Shown: positions 44,019 to 54,430, counted from the stretch's first letter. The stretch: DNA of 64,000 nt from Candidatus Tumulicola sp. (GCA_036502885.1 DASXXU010000116.1:740-64739); one strand, 5' to 3'. Notes: generated by a model not told the origin, from the letters alone. Program-made: numbers and translations.

Positions 44019-44875
44019 AGGTCGCGGTTTTTCTCAAAGAGATTCGGATCGAACACACGCTGTTCGCATTACCCTTTGCGTACACGGGCGCGATCGTTGC
44101 CGCGCACGGCGTGCCGCCGTGGTCGGCGTTGGTGTGGATTACGCTTGCGGTGTTGGGAGCGCGAACCGCAGCCATGGCGATCAATCGATACCTCGATCGC
44201 GACATCGACGCGCGCAATCCGCGTACGGCCCGCCGCGCGCTCGCAAACGGAACGCTTTCGGCGGCGTCGATGTTGTGGGCGACCTTCGCCGGCTTAGCGT
44301 TACTGCTCTTGTCGGCGTGGATGCTCAACCCGTTGTGCGTCAAGTTGTTGCCGGTCGCTGCGGTATTGCTGCTCGCGTACCCGCTGTGCAAACGCTTTAC
44401 GTGGACGACGCACTTCGTGCTCGGCGCGGTCGACGCGCTGGCGCCGCTCGGCGCGTACGTCGCCATCGCCGGCGGGATCGCGCTGCCCGCGGTGCTGCTA
44501 TTCGTGGCGGTCACGATTTGGGTCGCCGGTTTCGACATTATCTACGCACTGATGGATCTGGGGATCGATCGCGCGCAAGGAATCTGCTCGGTGCCGGCGC
44601 GTTTTGGCGAACGCAGCGGCTACATCGTACCGCTCGCCCTGCATGGTTCGATGGCGATCGTTTTAGCGATGGTCGGCTGGATTTCGGGTGCGGGCTGGCC
44701 TTTTTACGCCGGCGTGGTTGCCGGCATCGCTCTAACTGCATATGAAAAACGGCTGCTCGACGGCAGCGAAAACGTCTTTGTTTTGAACGAACGGGTCTTC
44801 ATCGCGAACATGGTGTTTTCGCTCGTCTTCCTGGCGGCTACGGCGGCGGGATACGCCGGGGGAGTTGGTTCGTGA
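44015..44875 (+). CDS. ubiA: UbiA-family aromatic prenyltransferase
   Basis: 'NRYLDRDIDARNPRTARRAL' (NxxxDxxxD) and a second Asp-rich 'DIIYALMDLGIDR'. 8-9 TM. 4-nt overlap with ubiD. Confidence 0.9.
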   Translation: MKVAVFLKEIRIEHTLFALPFAYTGAIVAAHGVPPWSALVWITLAVLGARTAAMAINRYLDRDIDARNPRTARRALANGTLSAASMLWATFAGLALLLLSAWMLNPLCVKLLPVAAVLLLAYPLCKRFTWTTHFVLGAVDALAPLGAYVAIAGGIALPAVLLFVAVTIWVAGFDIIYALMDLGIDRAQGICSVPARFGERSGYIVPLALHGSMAIVLAMVGWISGAGWPFYAGVVAGIALTAYEKRLLDGSENVFVLNERVFIANMVFSLVFLAATAAGYAGGVGS

Positions 44876-46068
44876 AACGACAGGCGTTCGTAGCGGGATT
44901 GGGTGCGGCCGGAGCCGCCGGGATGGCAATACGGGCTAACGCGCAGGTGCGTTTCGCGACGCCGTTACCGCAAGGAAATCAATACCCGAATCAATTCTTG
45001 ACGCAGTATACGATCGGCGTGTGCGTAACGCTGTCGGGTCCGTTTGGCAAATACGGCAACGAGGTCGTGCGCGGCGTTCAAGCCGCCGTCGACGAGTCCA
45101 ACCGCTTCACGACGCCGATCGGACACGTGTGGGGTTTACGGGCGTACGACGACCGAAACGATACCGCGCAAGCCCAGTCGAACCCGAGCATCGCGGCTGC
45201 CGATTCCACGGTCATCGGCATCGTCGGAAACCTGACGAAAGCCATGACGCTCGCCGCGCTCTCGCGCTACGCCAACGTGGGTTTCGCTGTGGTGGTTCCG
45301 AGCGTGACCGCCGACACGATCACCGCGCGCGGATATCACAATATCTTCCGATTGCCGTCCAAGGATACCAGCGCGGGAACGCTGTTCGGCTCGACCGTTT
45401 TAGAGCATAAGCGCGGTACTTCCGCACTCGCGGTGGCACTCGACGGCGACTACGGTTCGGATGTCGCTCGAGGCTTCGTGCAAGGCGCGAAAACGAATCA
45501 CGTCAACGCCGACGTCTTGCTCTTTCCGCAGAGCGGTTTCGATCCGGCGGCGGCCGCGCGCAGCGTGCTGGACCGCAGTCCCGATTACGTGTTCTTCGCC
45601 GGAAAAACTCCCGAACTCGGACCGCTGGCTGAGGCTTTGCGGTTGGAGAAGTTTACCGGCGACATGGGAGCCTCGGACGGTTTCTACAACTCTGAAACGA
45701 TCGCCACGTACGCGGCGACGCTCGACGGAGGGTTCGTCGCATCCAACCTTCCGCCGCTCAACCGCGTGCCCAGCGCCATCGGTATACTAACGGATTTCGA
45801 ACACGAGATGGGTGCGATCACCGCGTTATCGGCATACGGTTATGCCGCCGCACAAGTCATCATCTCGATCGCCGCGCGAGCCGGAGCCGCTTCACGATTC
45901 TCGGTCTTGACGGCGATGCAACGCAATCCGTCGTTCACCACCTTGGTCGGGCAATATGGATTCAACACCAACGGCGATCCGCTCATTCCCAACATTTACA
46001 TCTACCAGGTCGGAAAGAAAGGTTTCACGTTTTCACGTCCCGCGATTCGAAACGGATTCGTGCTGTAA
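44872..46068 (+). CDS. Periplasmic solute-binding protein, Leu/Ile/Val-binding (type 1 PBP) family, without transporter partners
   Basis: Signal peptide 'KRQAFVAGLGAAGAAGMAIRANA'. 'IGVCVTLSGPFGKYGNEVVRGVQAAVDE'. GTGA overlap with the ubiA stop. Confidence 0.8.
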   Translation: MKRQAFVAGLGAAGAAGMAIRANAQVRFATPLPQGNQYPNQFLTQYTIGVCVTLSGPFGKYGNEVVRGVQAAVDESNRFTTPIGHVWGLRAYDDRNDTAQAQSNPSIAAADSTVIGIVGNLTKAMTLAALSRYANVGFAVVVPSVTADTITARGYHNIFRLPSKDTSAGTLFGSTVLEHKRGTSALAVALDGDYGSDVARGFVQGAKTNHVNADVLLFPQSGFDPAAAARSVLDRSPDYVFFAGKTPELGPLAEALRLEKFTGDMGASDGFYNSETIATYAATLDGGFVASNLPPLNRVPSAIGILTDFEHEMGAITALSAYGYAAAQVIISIAARAGAASRFSVLTAMQRNPSFTTLVGQYGFNTNGDPLIPNIYIYQVGKKGFTFSRPAIRNGFVL

Positions 46069-46178
46069 GGGCATCCGCGCGCCGTGGGCGAGCGCGTCGG
46101 TATCTTCGAGCACTAGCGCGAAGCGGAGGCGCCACCCTCCAAGCGTCAGCGTAAACTTCGTTCCAAAGAATTCCACGA

Positions 46179-47200
46179 TTAAGCCTCCACGCGGCGCCAT
46201 TGCACGATGGCGCACGCGGCGTATACGAGCGAGAGGGCAACGAGCACCGGAATATCCACCTGGTACGGGGGCGCGTGCATCGCGTGAGCCGCCGACGGCA
46301 TGACGATGCTGATCCGCGCATAGGTGAACGGGTCGATCCAAGACAGCGGCCGCGCGATCGTGCGCAGCAACAGGAACAACTGCGGCGCGTTATCGTCGAT
46401 CTGGGAAACCACCGGTATCAACTGCCCGACGATCCACGCCGTTCCCAAAATGATCCCGTAGTTTCTTTTGAGCGACGCGGTCGAGCAACACAACAGCGCG
46501 TACCACGCGATCGCACCCAGGACGACGACCACCGCGAGCAGCCAGTCGCGCCCCGTGACCCCGAAGTGGAATCCCAAAAAGAGAGCCTGTAACGCATACA
46601 TTGCGATGGCGCTCATGACCCAGACTGCAACGATGCCGACGCAATCGACCAGCATCGTTTGAATCGCTAAGGTCGTTCGCGAGACCGGCTTGGTCATGGC
46701 GATCTCGAGGTGACCGTCGTTCTCGCGCGAGAAGCAGCCCGCCAGGATCATCCCGGCGATCAGCGCGACGAAACCGGCAATGCCGAATTCTAAGGCCGAG
46801 CTTCCCGTGTCGGCGTTGTCGGTTTCGATCGTCGTTTCGGAGCCGGTGCCATTTCTGGTGGTGTTAACGTCGCCGTTTCCAAACACCGCGATGTGCTGCC
46901 GTCCCGTCGCCTTCGAATTCGTAATGTGCACGATCTCATGCCCCTTGCCGAGATCGACGGCCACAACGTGCACCCCTTGCGCCGGGTTGTCGACGATGGT
47001 CTGGCGCGAACCGTCCGGCAGGGTCGTGGTTGTAACGTGCGATGCGGGATCCCGCTGCAGCATTCCGACGTACGACATGGCGTCCACCGGTCCGTAGACG
47101 CTTAACCAAATCCGCGCGGCAACGGCGATGAGGAATATGATGCCGAGCGTAATGGCGGTGCGCTTCAGCGTCGTGCCGACGCGCAACCATTCGACGTAGG

Positions 47201-47204
<4 letters not shown>
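46179..47204 (-). CDS. ABC-2-type permease
   Basis: TM1, then a loop of about 130 aa, then five more TM helices. 4-nt overlap with the ATPase gene. Confidence 0.65.
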
Positions 47205-48111
<907 letters not shown>

Positions 48112-48115
<4 letters not shown>

Positions 48116-48510
48116 CGTTCCTCCGGAAACCAGCGATCGAACGCGAGATCGACCGTAAGGCGAACGTCGCTACGCGACAGTCCGAGCGATTTTACCTCGC
48201 GTAAAGCGGCATCCAGGGCCGCGCGAGCGATATCGGTGGCGGCGCTACGGACCCCGGCTTCGGCGTCGTGCAGACGCACGAACGAACCGCGCCCGACCGC
48301 CGTTTCGATGATCCGATCGCGTTCGAGATCGCGATACGCACGGGCCACCGTGTTTGGGTTAATGGTGAGGTCGAGCGCCAGCTGCTTGACGGTGGGCAGC
48401 TGCTCGCCGGCTTGCAGTACTCCTAGCGCGACCGATCGCTTGATCTGCTCGATGATCTGCAGATAGATCGGCACCCCGCTCCCAGGGTCGACCGTGAGTA
48501 CGGCCGGCAT
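48112..48510 (-). CDS. GntR-family regulator, YtrA-like short form
   Basis: 'PIYLQIIEQIKRSVALGVLQAGEQLPTVKQLALDLTINPNTVARAYRDLE'. Only 132 aa, consistent with a YtrA-type short C-terminus. 4-nt overlap with the ABC ATPase. Confidence 0.9.
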
Positions 48511-48518
48511 GTCGCCGA

Positions 48519-48635
48519 CTACGCCTTCGGGCCCCAGCCCTGAAAGAACGAACCACCCGGTTGGCCCGGGAATCGAACGGTGGTGCGGGGGTCGCGGGTC
48601 ACGCTGGGCTCGAGGGTATCGGTGAGACGGGCCAT
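48519..48635 (-). CDS. Candidate 38-aa leader ORF of the GntR-ABC operon
   Basis: Internal Met of ORF 48519..48701: MARLTDTLEPSVTRDPRTTVRFPGQPGGSFFQGWGPKA. AAGGA lies 7 nt upstream. About 79 % GC3. The stop is 8 nt before the gntR ATG. Confidence 0.4.
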   Translation of the reverse strand: MARLTDTLEPSVTRDPRTTVRFPGQPGGSFFQGWGPKA

Positions 48636-48648
48636 TTCTTCATCCTTC

Positions 48649-48701
48649 GTACTAGTAAGCTGTTGTACTATTACACTAGTACAATACCAACCCGTCGTCA
48701 A
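48649..48701 (-). promoter_or_regulatory. Putative promoter and palindromic operator of the small-ORF/GntR/ABC operon
   Basis: Minus strand: TTGACG (48701-48696), 17 nt, TAGTGT (48678-48673). Inverted repeat TGTACTA-n6-TAGTACA (48664-48683) overlaps the -10 box. A second palindrome, TACTAGTA (48650-48657), lies in the leader. This is a locally AT-rich island. Confidence 0.45.
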
Positions 48702-48727
48702 CCCCTTGGCACATATTTTTTGTAGGA

Positions 48728-50200
48728 TTGCCGCACCGAAGCCGCCGAGAAGGCCCGGTGGACTCGCCGCTCTTCATCGGACCCCAGTCGCTGCGCGATC
48801 CCAGGGAGCGTTTCGCGTTTTGGGCGACCGCCTTTCTGGCGCTGCCCGCGGCCTTGCTCATCGGCTACGTATTGCACGAATCGATCGGCGCGTCGCAAGT
48901 AGCGCTCTTTATCGTGATCGCGATGGTGTACGTAACGTTAGCGCGTGGCCGGCTGCTCGGTACCAGCGTACGCGTCCATCAAACCCAATATCCGCGCGTG
49001 TTTTCGATCGTTAAATCGGCCTGCGCGGCGCTCGAAATTCCGATGCCGCTCGTGTTCGTTCGAGAAGACAACTTCGTTCCGGTCGCGGCGCTCGGTTTCG
49101 GCGAGCCGTATTCCTTGGTACTCTCGAGTCACTGGATCGAAGTGTTTGCCGACGACGAGCTTGCGTTTATGATCGGGCGCGAGCTCGGACACATCGCCGC
49201 CGGCCACACGCGATTTCTTTCGCTGCTGAGCGTCAACGGCAAAGAGAATCCGATCGTCGCGATGATTTTCGGAGCGTGGTTGCGACGGTGCGCGGCCACT
49301 TGCGACAAGTTCGGCTTGCTCTGTTGCGGGGATCTGGACTCCGCGATTCGCGCGATCGGTGTAGCCGAATTCCACGAGTTCGGCCGGAAAGTCGATTACC
49401 ACGCGTTTGCCGAGCAATATGCCGAGCTTCAGGCGGATACCGTTTCGCGCTGGGGCGTTTGGTTGGGTGCCGAACCGTACGCGACGACGCGTCTGGCGTC
49501 GTTGCGCGAGTTTATGTCGACACCGCTCTACGAAGCCGCGCGCACGTGGTTCGTACGCGAGCGAGATGAGGAACCGCCGGTGCTTGCCGCGCCCGGCGTG
49601 ATGACGGTTGCGAAACGCGATTGCGCCGGTTGGTGGCGTCGCGGCGCCGCATTCGGTATCGATATCGTGCTGGTGTTGGCGATCATCAACTCGTTTGTCG
49701 GAAACAGCGGCGCGCCCGTGACGGTGAACATCGATGGTTCCAAACCCACGACATCGGCCTCGGCCGGCGAACGGCGCAAGGGAGCCAAGCCGGAGCCGAC
49801 AGCGTCGCCCGAAGCCGTTCACTTTGGGCCGATCACGCTGATCCCGTCGGAAGGGAACCCCGAGTTCAAGCTCGGTCCGCTTACGATCTCGCCCAGAACC
49901 GTCAACCCGAATAACAATTCCGGCAAAACGTTCTGGTTTGTGGTCTACATGGCGCTGTTGGTCTCGGTTGCGGGCCAGACGTTCGGGATGATGATTGCCG
50001 GACTACGCGTCGTCACCAAAGATTTCGGTCGTCCGAGAATCTGGCAGACGATCTTCCGCTATGCGCTCGTTTTCTTCTTGTGGTGGTTGATCGTCCCGGC
50101 CAGCTTCTTTGCGCGACATATCTTCTTGCACGACCGTTGGACGAAGACGCGTCTGGTTAAGGTCGAGCGCGTCGTAGCGCGGGCGACGGGATCTTCATAG
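48728..50200 (+). CDS. Membrane protein with an M48-like peptidase domain (variant metal motif) fused to an RDD domain
   Basis: 'ELAFMIGRELGHIAAGH' stands where M48 has HExxH. The C-terminal RDD-like TM pair has 'WWRRGAAFGIDIVL' and 'GQTFGMMIAGLRVV'. TTG start; GTG 48761 is the alternative. Confidence 0.7.
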   Translation: MPHRSRREGPVDSPLFIGPQSLRDPRERFAFWATAFLALPAALLIGYVLHESIGASQVALFIVIAMVYVTLARGRLLGTSVRVHQTQYPRVFSIVKSACAALEIPMPLVFVREDNFVPVAALGFGEPYSLVLSSHWIEVFADDELAFMIGRELGHIAAGHTRFLSLLSVNGKENPIVAMIFGAWLRRCAATCDKFGLLCCGDLDSAIRAIGVAEFHEFGRKVDYHAFAEQYAELQADTVSRWGVWLGAEPYATTRLASLREFMSTPLYEAARTWFVRERDEEPPVLAAPGVMTVAKRDCAGWWRRGAAFGIDIVLVLAIINSFVGNSGAPVTVNIDGSKPTTSASAGERRKGAKPEPTASPEAVHFGPITLIPSEGNPEFKLGPLTISPRTVNPNNNSGKTFWFVVYMALLVSVAGQTFGMMIAGLRVVTKDFGRPRIWQTIFRYALVFFLWWLIVPASFFARHIFLHDRWTKTRLVKVERVVARATGSS

Positions 50201-50207
50201 GAGGAGG

Positions 50208-50651
50208 TTACTCGCCGTTCGGCAGCACCGTGCGAAACGCGTTGCTGGCGCGCGAAAGGTAGTTGTGCAGGCCGATCGTCGCGACCAATTCGACGATCTG
50301 ACCGTCATCGTAGTGTGCCGCTAGGCGATCGCGCAGCACCGGCGAGATGCCGCGGGGCTCGCGCGTGATAACGACGGCGGCTTCGAGTGCGACGCGTTGC
50401 GCAGGCGTGAACTCATCGCTCTCGGTGTATCGCTCCAGTGCATCCAAAGCGGCTTGCGAAACGCCTAACGACTTAGCGGCGTCGAGATTATTTTCGACGC
50501 ACCGTTCGCACGCGTTGAGCCATGCGACCATTACGGCGCACAGCGCCTTGGTTTGCGGATCGACGGTTCCTTCGCCGACGGCGCGATCGTGGCTCGCCAA
50601 CGTGCGCGCCAGGTTCGGACGCATTCGCAACGCGTCCCACAGGTTCGCCAA
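50208..50651 (-). CDS. Carboxymuconolactone decarboxylase / AhpD-like family protein
   Basis: 'AWLNACERCVENNLDAA' (CxxC of AhpD-like proteins). Length 147 aa. Confidence 0.85.
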   Translation of the reverse strand: MANLWDALRMRPNLARTLASHDRAVGEGTVDPQTKALCAVMVAWLNACERCVENNLDAAKSLGVSQAALDALERYTESDEFTPAQRVALEAAVVITREPRGISPVLRDRLAAHYDDGQIVELVATIGLHNYLSRASNAFRTVLPNGE

Positions 50652-50660
50652 GTGCCCGCG

Positions 50661-52115
50661 TTATGCGCGCTTATCGGCGGAACTGACGTCGCCTCGCAAC
50701 GAGGCGAAACGCGGATCCGCCGCGACCTCGGCGCGCACGAACGCATCTACGCCGTCGCGACGTAACCACGTCAGCGCACCGCGGCGTTGGCCGACGGCAG
50801 CATATGCCGCAGCCAAGTCGCCCGCGCCGACCGACGATGCCTTGGCTCGTGCCACCGCAAACTCGGCGCGCGCCGCCGACGCATCTACTGTCGAGTACGA
50901 TACCGCCAATAACGCGGCTGCCTCCGGGCGGCACGACGCACAAACCGCGGCCATCCGTCGGAACGCCGCAATCGCGCGACGATGGTCGCCGCGCGCTTCG
51001 TACGTTAGCCCGATGGTTTGCAGCGCATCGGCGCGCATCGGCGAGAGGTCGAGCGTTTCGCGTGCGTATCCTAGAGCGTCGTCGTAACGGCCCTCGAGAT
51101 ACGCAGTGCTGGCCAACCAGGACGTCGTGGCAACCGACAACGGGTCGAGTTGGTCGGCTTGACGCAGCTCGGCATAGGCTCGCGCGAACTGACCGCTCTC
51201 GACCAGCGCGACACCCAACCATTCATGCCCGGCGGCGCTCTGCGGATCGATCGCGATCGCGCGACGCAGCTGTCGTATCGCAACGTCGAGATCGCGCGGC
51301 GTCATCCGCCCGGCATCGATATCGACGATGCCGAGAACCGCGTACGCATCGCCAAGCCGCGGGTCCAAGTCCAGTGCTTTTCGCGCGTACTCCCGGGCCT
51401 TACGAAAGTACGTCGATGCAGGAAGCGGACCGTACATGTAGTCGCCCATCACTTCGTCGGCCAACGCCATCGCGGCGTAGCCGCGCGCGTCGGACGGATT
51501 CTCGCGGATGAGCCGGTTGAAGTAGGACAGACTCTTGGCGGTCGAATCCGGGGTACGCTGATTCCAGTAAAATCGTCCGATCGCATACAAACGCGATGCT
51601 TCGCTCGTCACCGGCCACTGGGCGCCGTGCTTCGGGGCTAGCAACCCGAAAGCGGCGCTGGCCGTCACCAGGAACGCCGCCAGCGCCGCCACCGCGGGCC
51701 AGCGCCAACGCATTTGCGCAGCAATCCGTGCCGGCGCCGGCGATGCTTGAACGACCGCCCGATCGGAAATCGGAGTTTGAACTTGAGCTTGAACCGGAAC
51801 GCGGTCGAAGAGCGTCGCGGTGGCCACGAACCGGTAGCCACGCCGGGGAATCGTTTCGATGACCTCTTGACCCCAGTGCGCACGCAGCGCCTTACGCAGC
51901 ACGTAAACGTTCTGCGCTAAATTGGCCTCGTCGACGTAGCCCTCGGGCCAAACGCGATCCAGCAAAGCTTGTTTGGAAACGATTTCCCCGCCCCGTTCTA
52001 CCAGCGCGAGCAGCGTTTCGACCACTTTGGGCCCCAGCTGCATCGGCTTGCCGCCTTCGACCAGCAACAGCCGCTCGGCGTCGAGATAGAACGGACCGAA
52101 CCCGTAGACGCTCAT
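50661..52115 (-). CDS. CadC/ToxR-like one-component regulator: winged-helix DNA-binding domain, TM helix and TPR repeats
   Basis: 'LVERGGEIVSKQALLDRVWP...IETIPRRGYRF', TM 'WPAVAALAAFLVTASAAFGLL' and a C-terminal region with several TPR units. Confidence 0.8.
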   Translation of the reverse strand: MSVYGFGPFYLDAERLLLVEGGKPMQLGPKVVETLLALVERGGEIVSKQALLDRVWPEGYVDEANLAQNVYVLRKALRAHWGQEVIETIPRRGYRFVATATLFDRVPVQAQVQTPISDRAVVQASPAPARIAAQMRWRWPAVAALAAFLVTASAAFGLLAPKHGAQWPVTSEASRLYAIGRFYWNQRTPDSTAKSLSYFNRLIRENPSDARGYAAMALADEVMGDYMYGPLPASTYFRKAREYARKALDLDPRLGDAYAVLGIVDIDAGRMTPRDLDVAIRQLRRAIAIDPQSAAGHEWLGVALVESGQFARAYAELRQADQLDPLSVATTSWLASTAYLEGRYDDALGYARETLDLSPMRADALQTIGLTYEARGDHRRAIAAFRRMAAVCASCRPEAAALLAVSYSTVDASAARAEFAVARAKASSVGAGDLAAAYAAVGQRRGALTWLRRDGVDAFVRAEVAADPRFASLRGDVSSADKRA

Positions 52116-52160
52116 GGCTCCCCTCCGGAGGTTTGTACGATGGCTATACGCCTCGTGTGA

Positions 52161-52187
52161 CCAAAAGTTTTCGTCCCGGGCGAAAAA
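52161..52187 (-). terminator. Putative intrinsic terminator after the aldo/keto reductase gene
   Basis: Minus strand: TTTTTCGCCCGGGACGAAAA hairpin followed by CTTTTGG. Confidence 0.45.
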
Positions 52188-53162
52188 TTACGCCAAGTAG
52201 GGCTCGGTCGGGGCAACCGGCTCGAGGACCCGGTCCATTGCGGCAAACACGGCCGGGTCGACGTCCAGGTCGCCGGCGGCCAAATTGTCCTCGAGATGTT
52301 CGATCTTCGTTGCGCCGACGATCGCGCTGCACACCTCGGGCCTTCTCAGGCACCAAGCTAGTGCCAATTGGGCCATCGAGCAGCCGGCCTCGCGCGCCAA
52401 CGGAACGACCCGCTGGACCGCCTCGAGCACAGGCGCGGTAAAGTAGTCCTCCATCATCTCTTTAAACGGGCCGGCCGCACGCGTTCCGGCTGGCGCCCGA
52501 TCCACGCTGGTATATTTCCCGGTTAGGATCCCCATTCCCAACGGCGACCACACGACGTTGCCCAGACCGTACTCCGCGGACACCGGCAGCACGCGCGCCT
52601 CGACGCGCCGCCACAGCGCGCTGTACTGCGGCTGATTGCTGATCGGAACGGCCCAGCCGTTTGCCGCACACAAGGTTGCCGCAGCGGCGATGCGATCGGC
52701 GTTCCATTCGGAAACGCCCCAGTACAAAATTTTCCCCTGACGGACGAAATCGTTCATGGCCGCGCAGGTTTCTTCCACGGGCGTCGTTTCGTCGAAGCGA
52801 TGGCATTGGTACAAATCGACGTACTCGACGCGTAGGCGCTCCAGCGAGCGATCTAATTGATCGCGCAGATGTTTGCGCGAAAGCCCGCGCTCCATAATCG
52901 AGTCGCCCATCGGGAAATACGCTTTGGTCGCGAGCACCAACGCACCGCGCTCGAGTTCTTTAAGAATCGGGCCCAGCGTTTCTTCGGCCGCGCCGCGCGC
53001 GTACACGTTGGCCGTGTCGATGAAATTTACGCCGCCTTCCCACGCGCGCAAAACGCACGCGCGCGCCGTGTCGCGATCGACGGCGTTACCGAACGTCAAC
53101 CACGACCCCAAGCCGATTACCGAGACGTGTAAACCCGAGTGCCCTAGTTTTCGATATCGCAT
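52188..53162 (-). CDS. Aldo/keto reductase (Kv-beta/AKR6-like)
   Basis: 'MRYRKLGHSGLHVSVIGLGSWLTFG', 'IDTANVY' and 'VDLYQCHRFD'. Length 324 aa. Confidence 0.92.
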   Translation of the reverse strand: MRYRKLGHSGLHVSVIGLGSWLTFGNAVDRDTARACVLRAWEGGVNFIDTANVYARGAAEETLGPILKELERGALVLATKAYFPMGDSIMERGLSRKHLRDQLDRSLERLRVEYVDLYQCHRFDETTPVEETCAAMNDFVRQGKILYWGVSEWNADRIAAAATLCAANGWAVPISNQPQYSALWRRVEARVLPVSAEYGLGNVVWSPLGMGILTGKYTSVDRAPAGTRAAGPFKEMMEDYFTAPVLEAVQRVVPLAREAGCSMAQLALAWCLRRPEVCSAIVGATKIEHLEDNLAAGDLDVDPAVFAAMDRVLEPVAPTEPYLA

Positions 53163-53167
53163 GTCCG

Positions 53168-54010
53168 CTACTCCGGCGAGAAGACGCGCAAGGCCTTCGG
53201 CAAGATATCGAAGGTGGCCGGCGTTTTGCCGGCCTTTTCGCCATCGGCCGTTATATGATGGCGATGCCGCGCAAAGATGACGAACCTGTGGGCGCGCAGC
53301 ACGCGCAACCCCGGAACCGCTTCGCGCCGTCCGCGTGCGAACGCCCAGACGACATCGATGGCTTCACGCAAATTGTCGATTTGGACGGAATAGAGATCCA
53401 ACCAGCCATCGTCGATCGCCGCGTCGGACACCTCGAAAACGCCGCCGAACCTGTGGCTGTTGGCGATCGTTAGTTGCATCGTCCGCAACCGTAGAACTTG
53501 CGAATCGTAGTGCACCTCGGCGTGCATCGGTCGAGCGTGCGCGATCGCTCGCAGCGCGGTCGCCACGACGCCGGCGATTCCGTAGCGGCGCTTGATTTCG
53601 GTATTCTGCCAGCGCGCCGCTCGGCTCGAAATTCCGATGCTCGCCTCGGCCAAAAAGAACATCCCGTTCACGCGTCCCACATCGACCCGGCGGGTATGGG
53701 CCGCCGCGATGAGATCGCACGCGCCCGCGGGGTCCAGCGGCACGTCGAGCGTTCGGGCAAGTTCGTTGAACGTTCCGGCCGGAACGATGCCGATCGGAAT
53801 CTCCGCCTTGAGCGCATGCGGGATCGCGTGGGTCACCGTGCCGTCGCCGCCGACAACCACCAACGCGTCGACGTTCGCTTCGGCGATTTTGTGCGACGCA
53901 CCGTGGACCGAAACGACTTCGATATCGCGCGCGCGGAGTTCGCGAAGCGCGACGTCCCCGAGCTCGCGTCCGCGCCGCGAACGATCGTTGACGACCACCA
54001 CGACGCGCAC
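53168..54010 (-). CDS. Diacylglycerol/lipid kinase family protein (YegS/BmrU-like)
   Basis: Trimmed to the GTG at 'VRVVVVVNDRSRRG'. 'LVVVGGDGTVTHA' and 'IGIVPAGTFNELAR'. The longest ORF reaches 54112. Confidence 0.85.
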   Translation of the reverse strand: MRVVVVVNDRSRRGRELGDVALRELRARDIEVVSVHGASHKIAEANVDALVVVGGDGTVTHAIPHALKAEIPIGIVPAGTFNELARTLDVPLDPAGACDLIAAAHTRRVDVGRVNGMFFLAEASIGISSRAARWQNTEIKRRYGIAGVVATALRAIAHARPMHAEVHYDSQVLRLRTMQLTIANSHRFGGVFEVSDAAIDDGWLDLYSVQIDNLREAIDVVWAFARGRREAVPGLRVLRAHRFVIFARHRHHITADGEKAGKTPATFDILPKALRVFSPE

Positions 54011-54011
54011 G

Positions 54012-54284
54012 CTACGGCCTATTTCGTTGCGACAGCCAAACGCCAAAGGCGCGCGCCGCCGCCCATAGCGCCAACCCGGCAAATACGAGCGTGCCGCCGA
54101 ACATACCGGCATATCCGAGATAGATGCCCATCTGCGTGACCGAATCGACGTAACCGGTAACGCGTTCGGTCTCGCTGAGGTTTACGAAGACGCCGTGAAA
54201 AACGAACCAAACGGCGATTGCCGCCGGCGAGGATAGCGCAAAGATCGTTAGGTAACGAACCAGCTCGCTATTATCGCGCCGCAC
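54012..54284 (-). CDS. Possible small two-TM membrane protein
   Basis: ORF 54012..54425 is trimmed to an internal GTG ('VRRDNSELVRYLTIFAL...'). Two hydrophobic helices. No family recognised. The start is uncertain. Confidence 0.35.
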   Translation of the reverse strand: MRRDNSELVRYLTIFALSSPAAIAVWFVFHGVFVNLSETERVTGYVDSVTQMGIYLGYAGMFGGTLVFAGLALWAAARAFGVWLSQRNRP

Positions 54285-54430
54285 GTTCAGCGATCGTTCG
54301 TCCGCATCCGCGTTGGCTTTTGCAATCGTACCGAGAGTCCTCGGGCGGGATTCGACCGGCGCGATCCAAAAACCGAACGACCGCCACGGAGGATCGAACG
54401 ATCGCCTTACGTCACCGTCCGGCAAATCCG

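Noticed and set aside
54285-54430. A possible guanidine-I (ykkC) riboswitch before the MFS transporter, suggested by 'ACCGAGAG' and 'CACGGAGG' strings.
   Set aside because: The 'CUAGGGUUCCG' and 'GCCCGGGAGA' elements are absent, and the spacing between the partial matches is far too long. It is most likely a chance resemblance.
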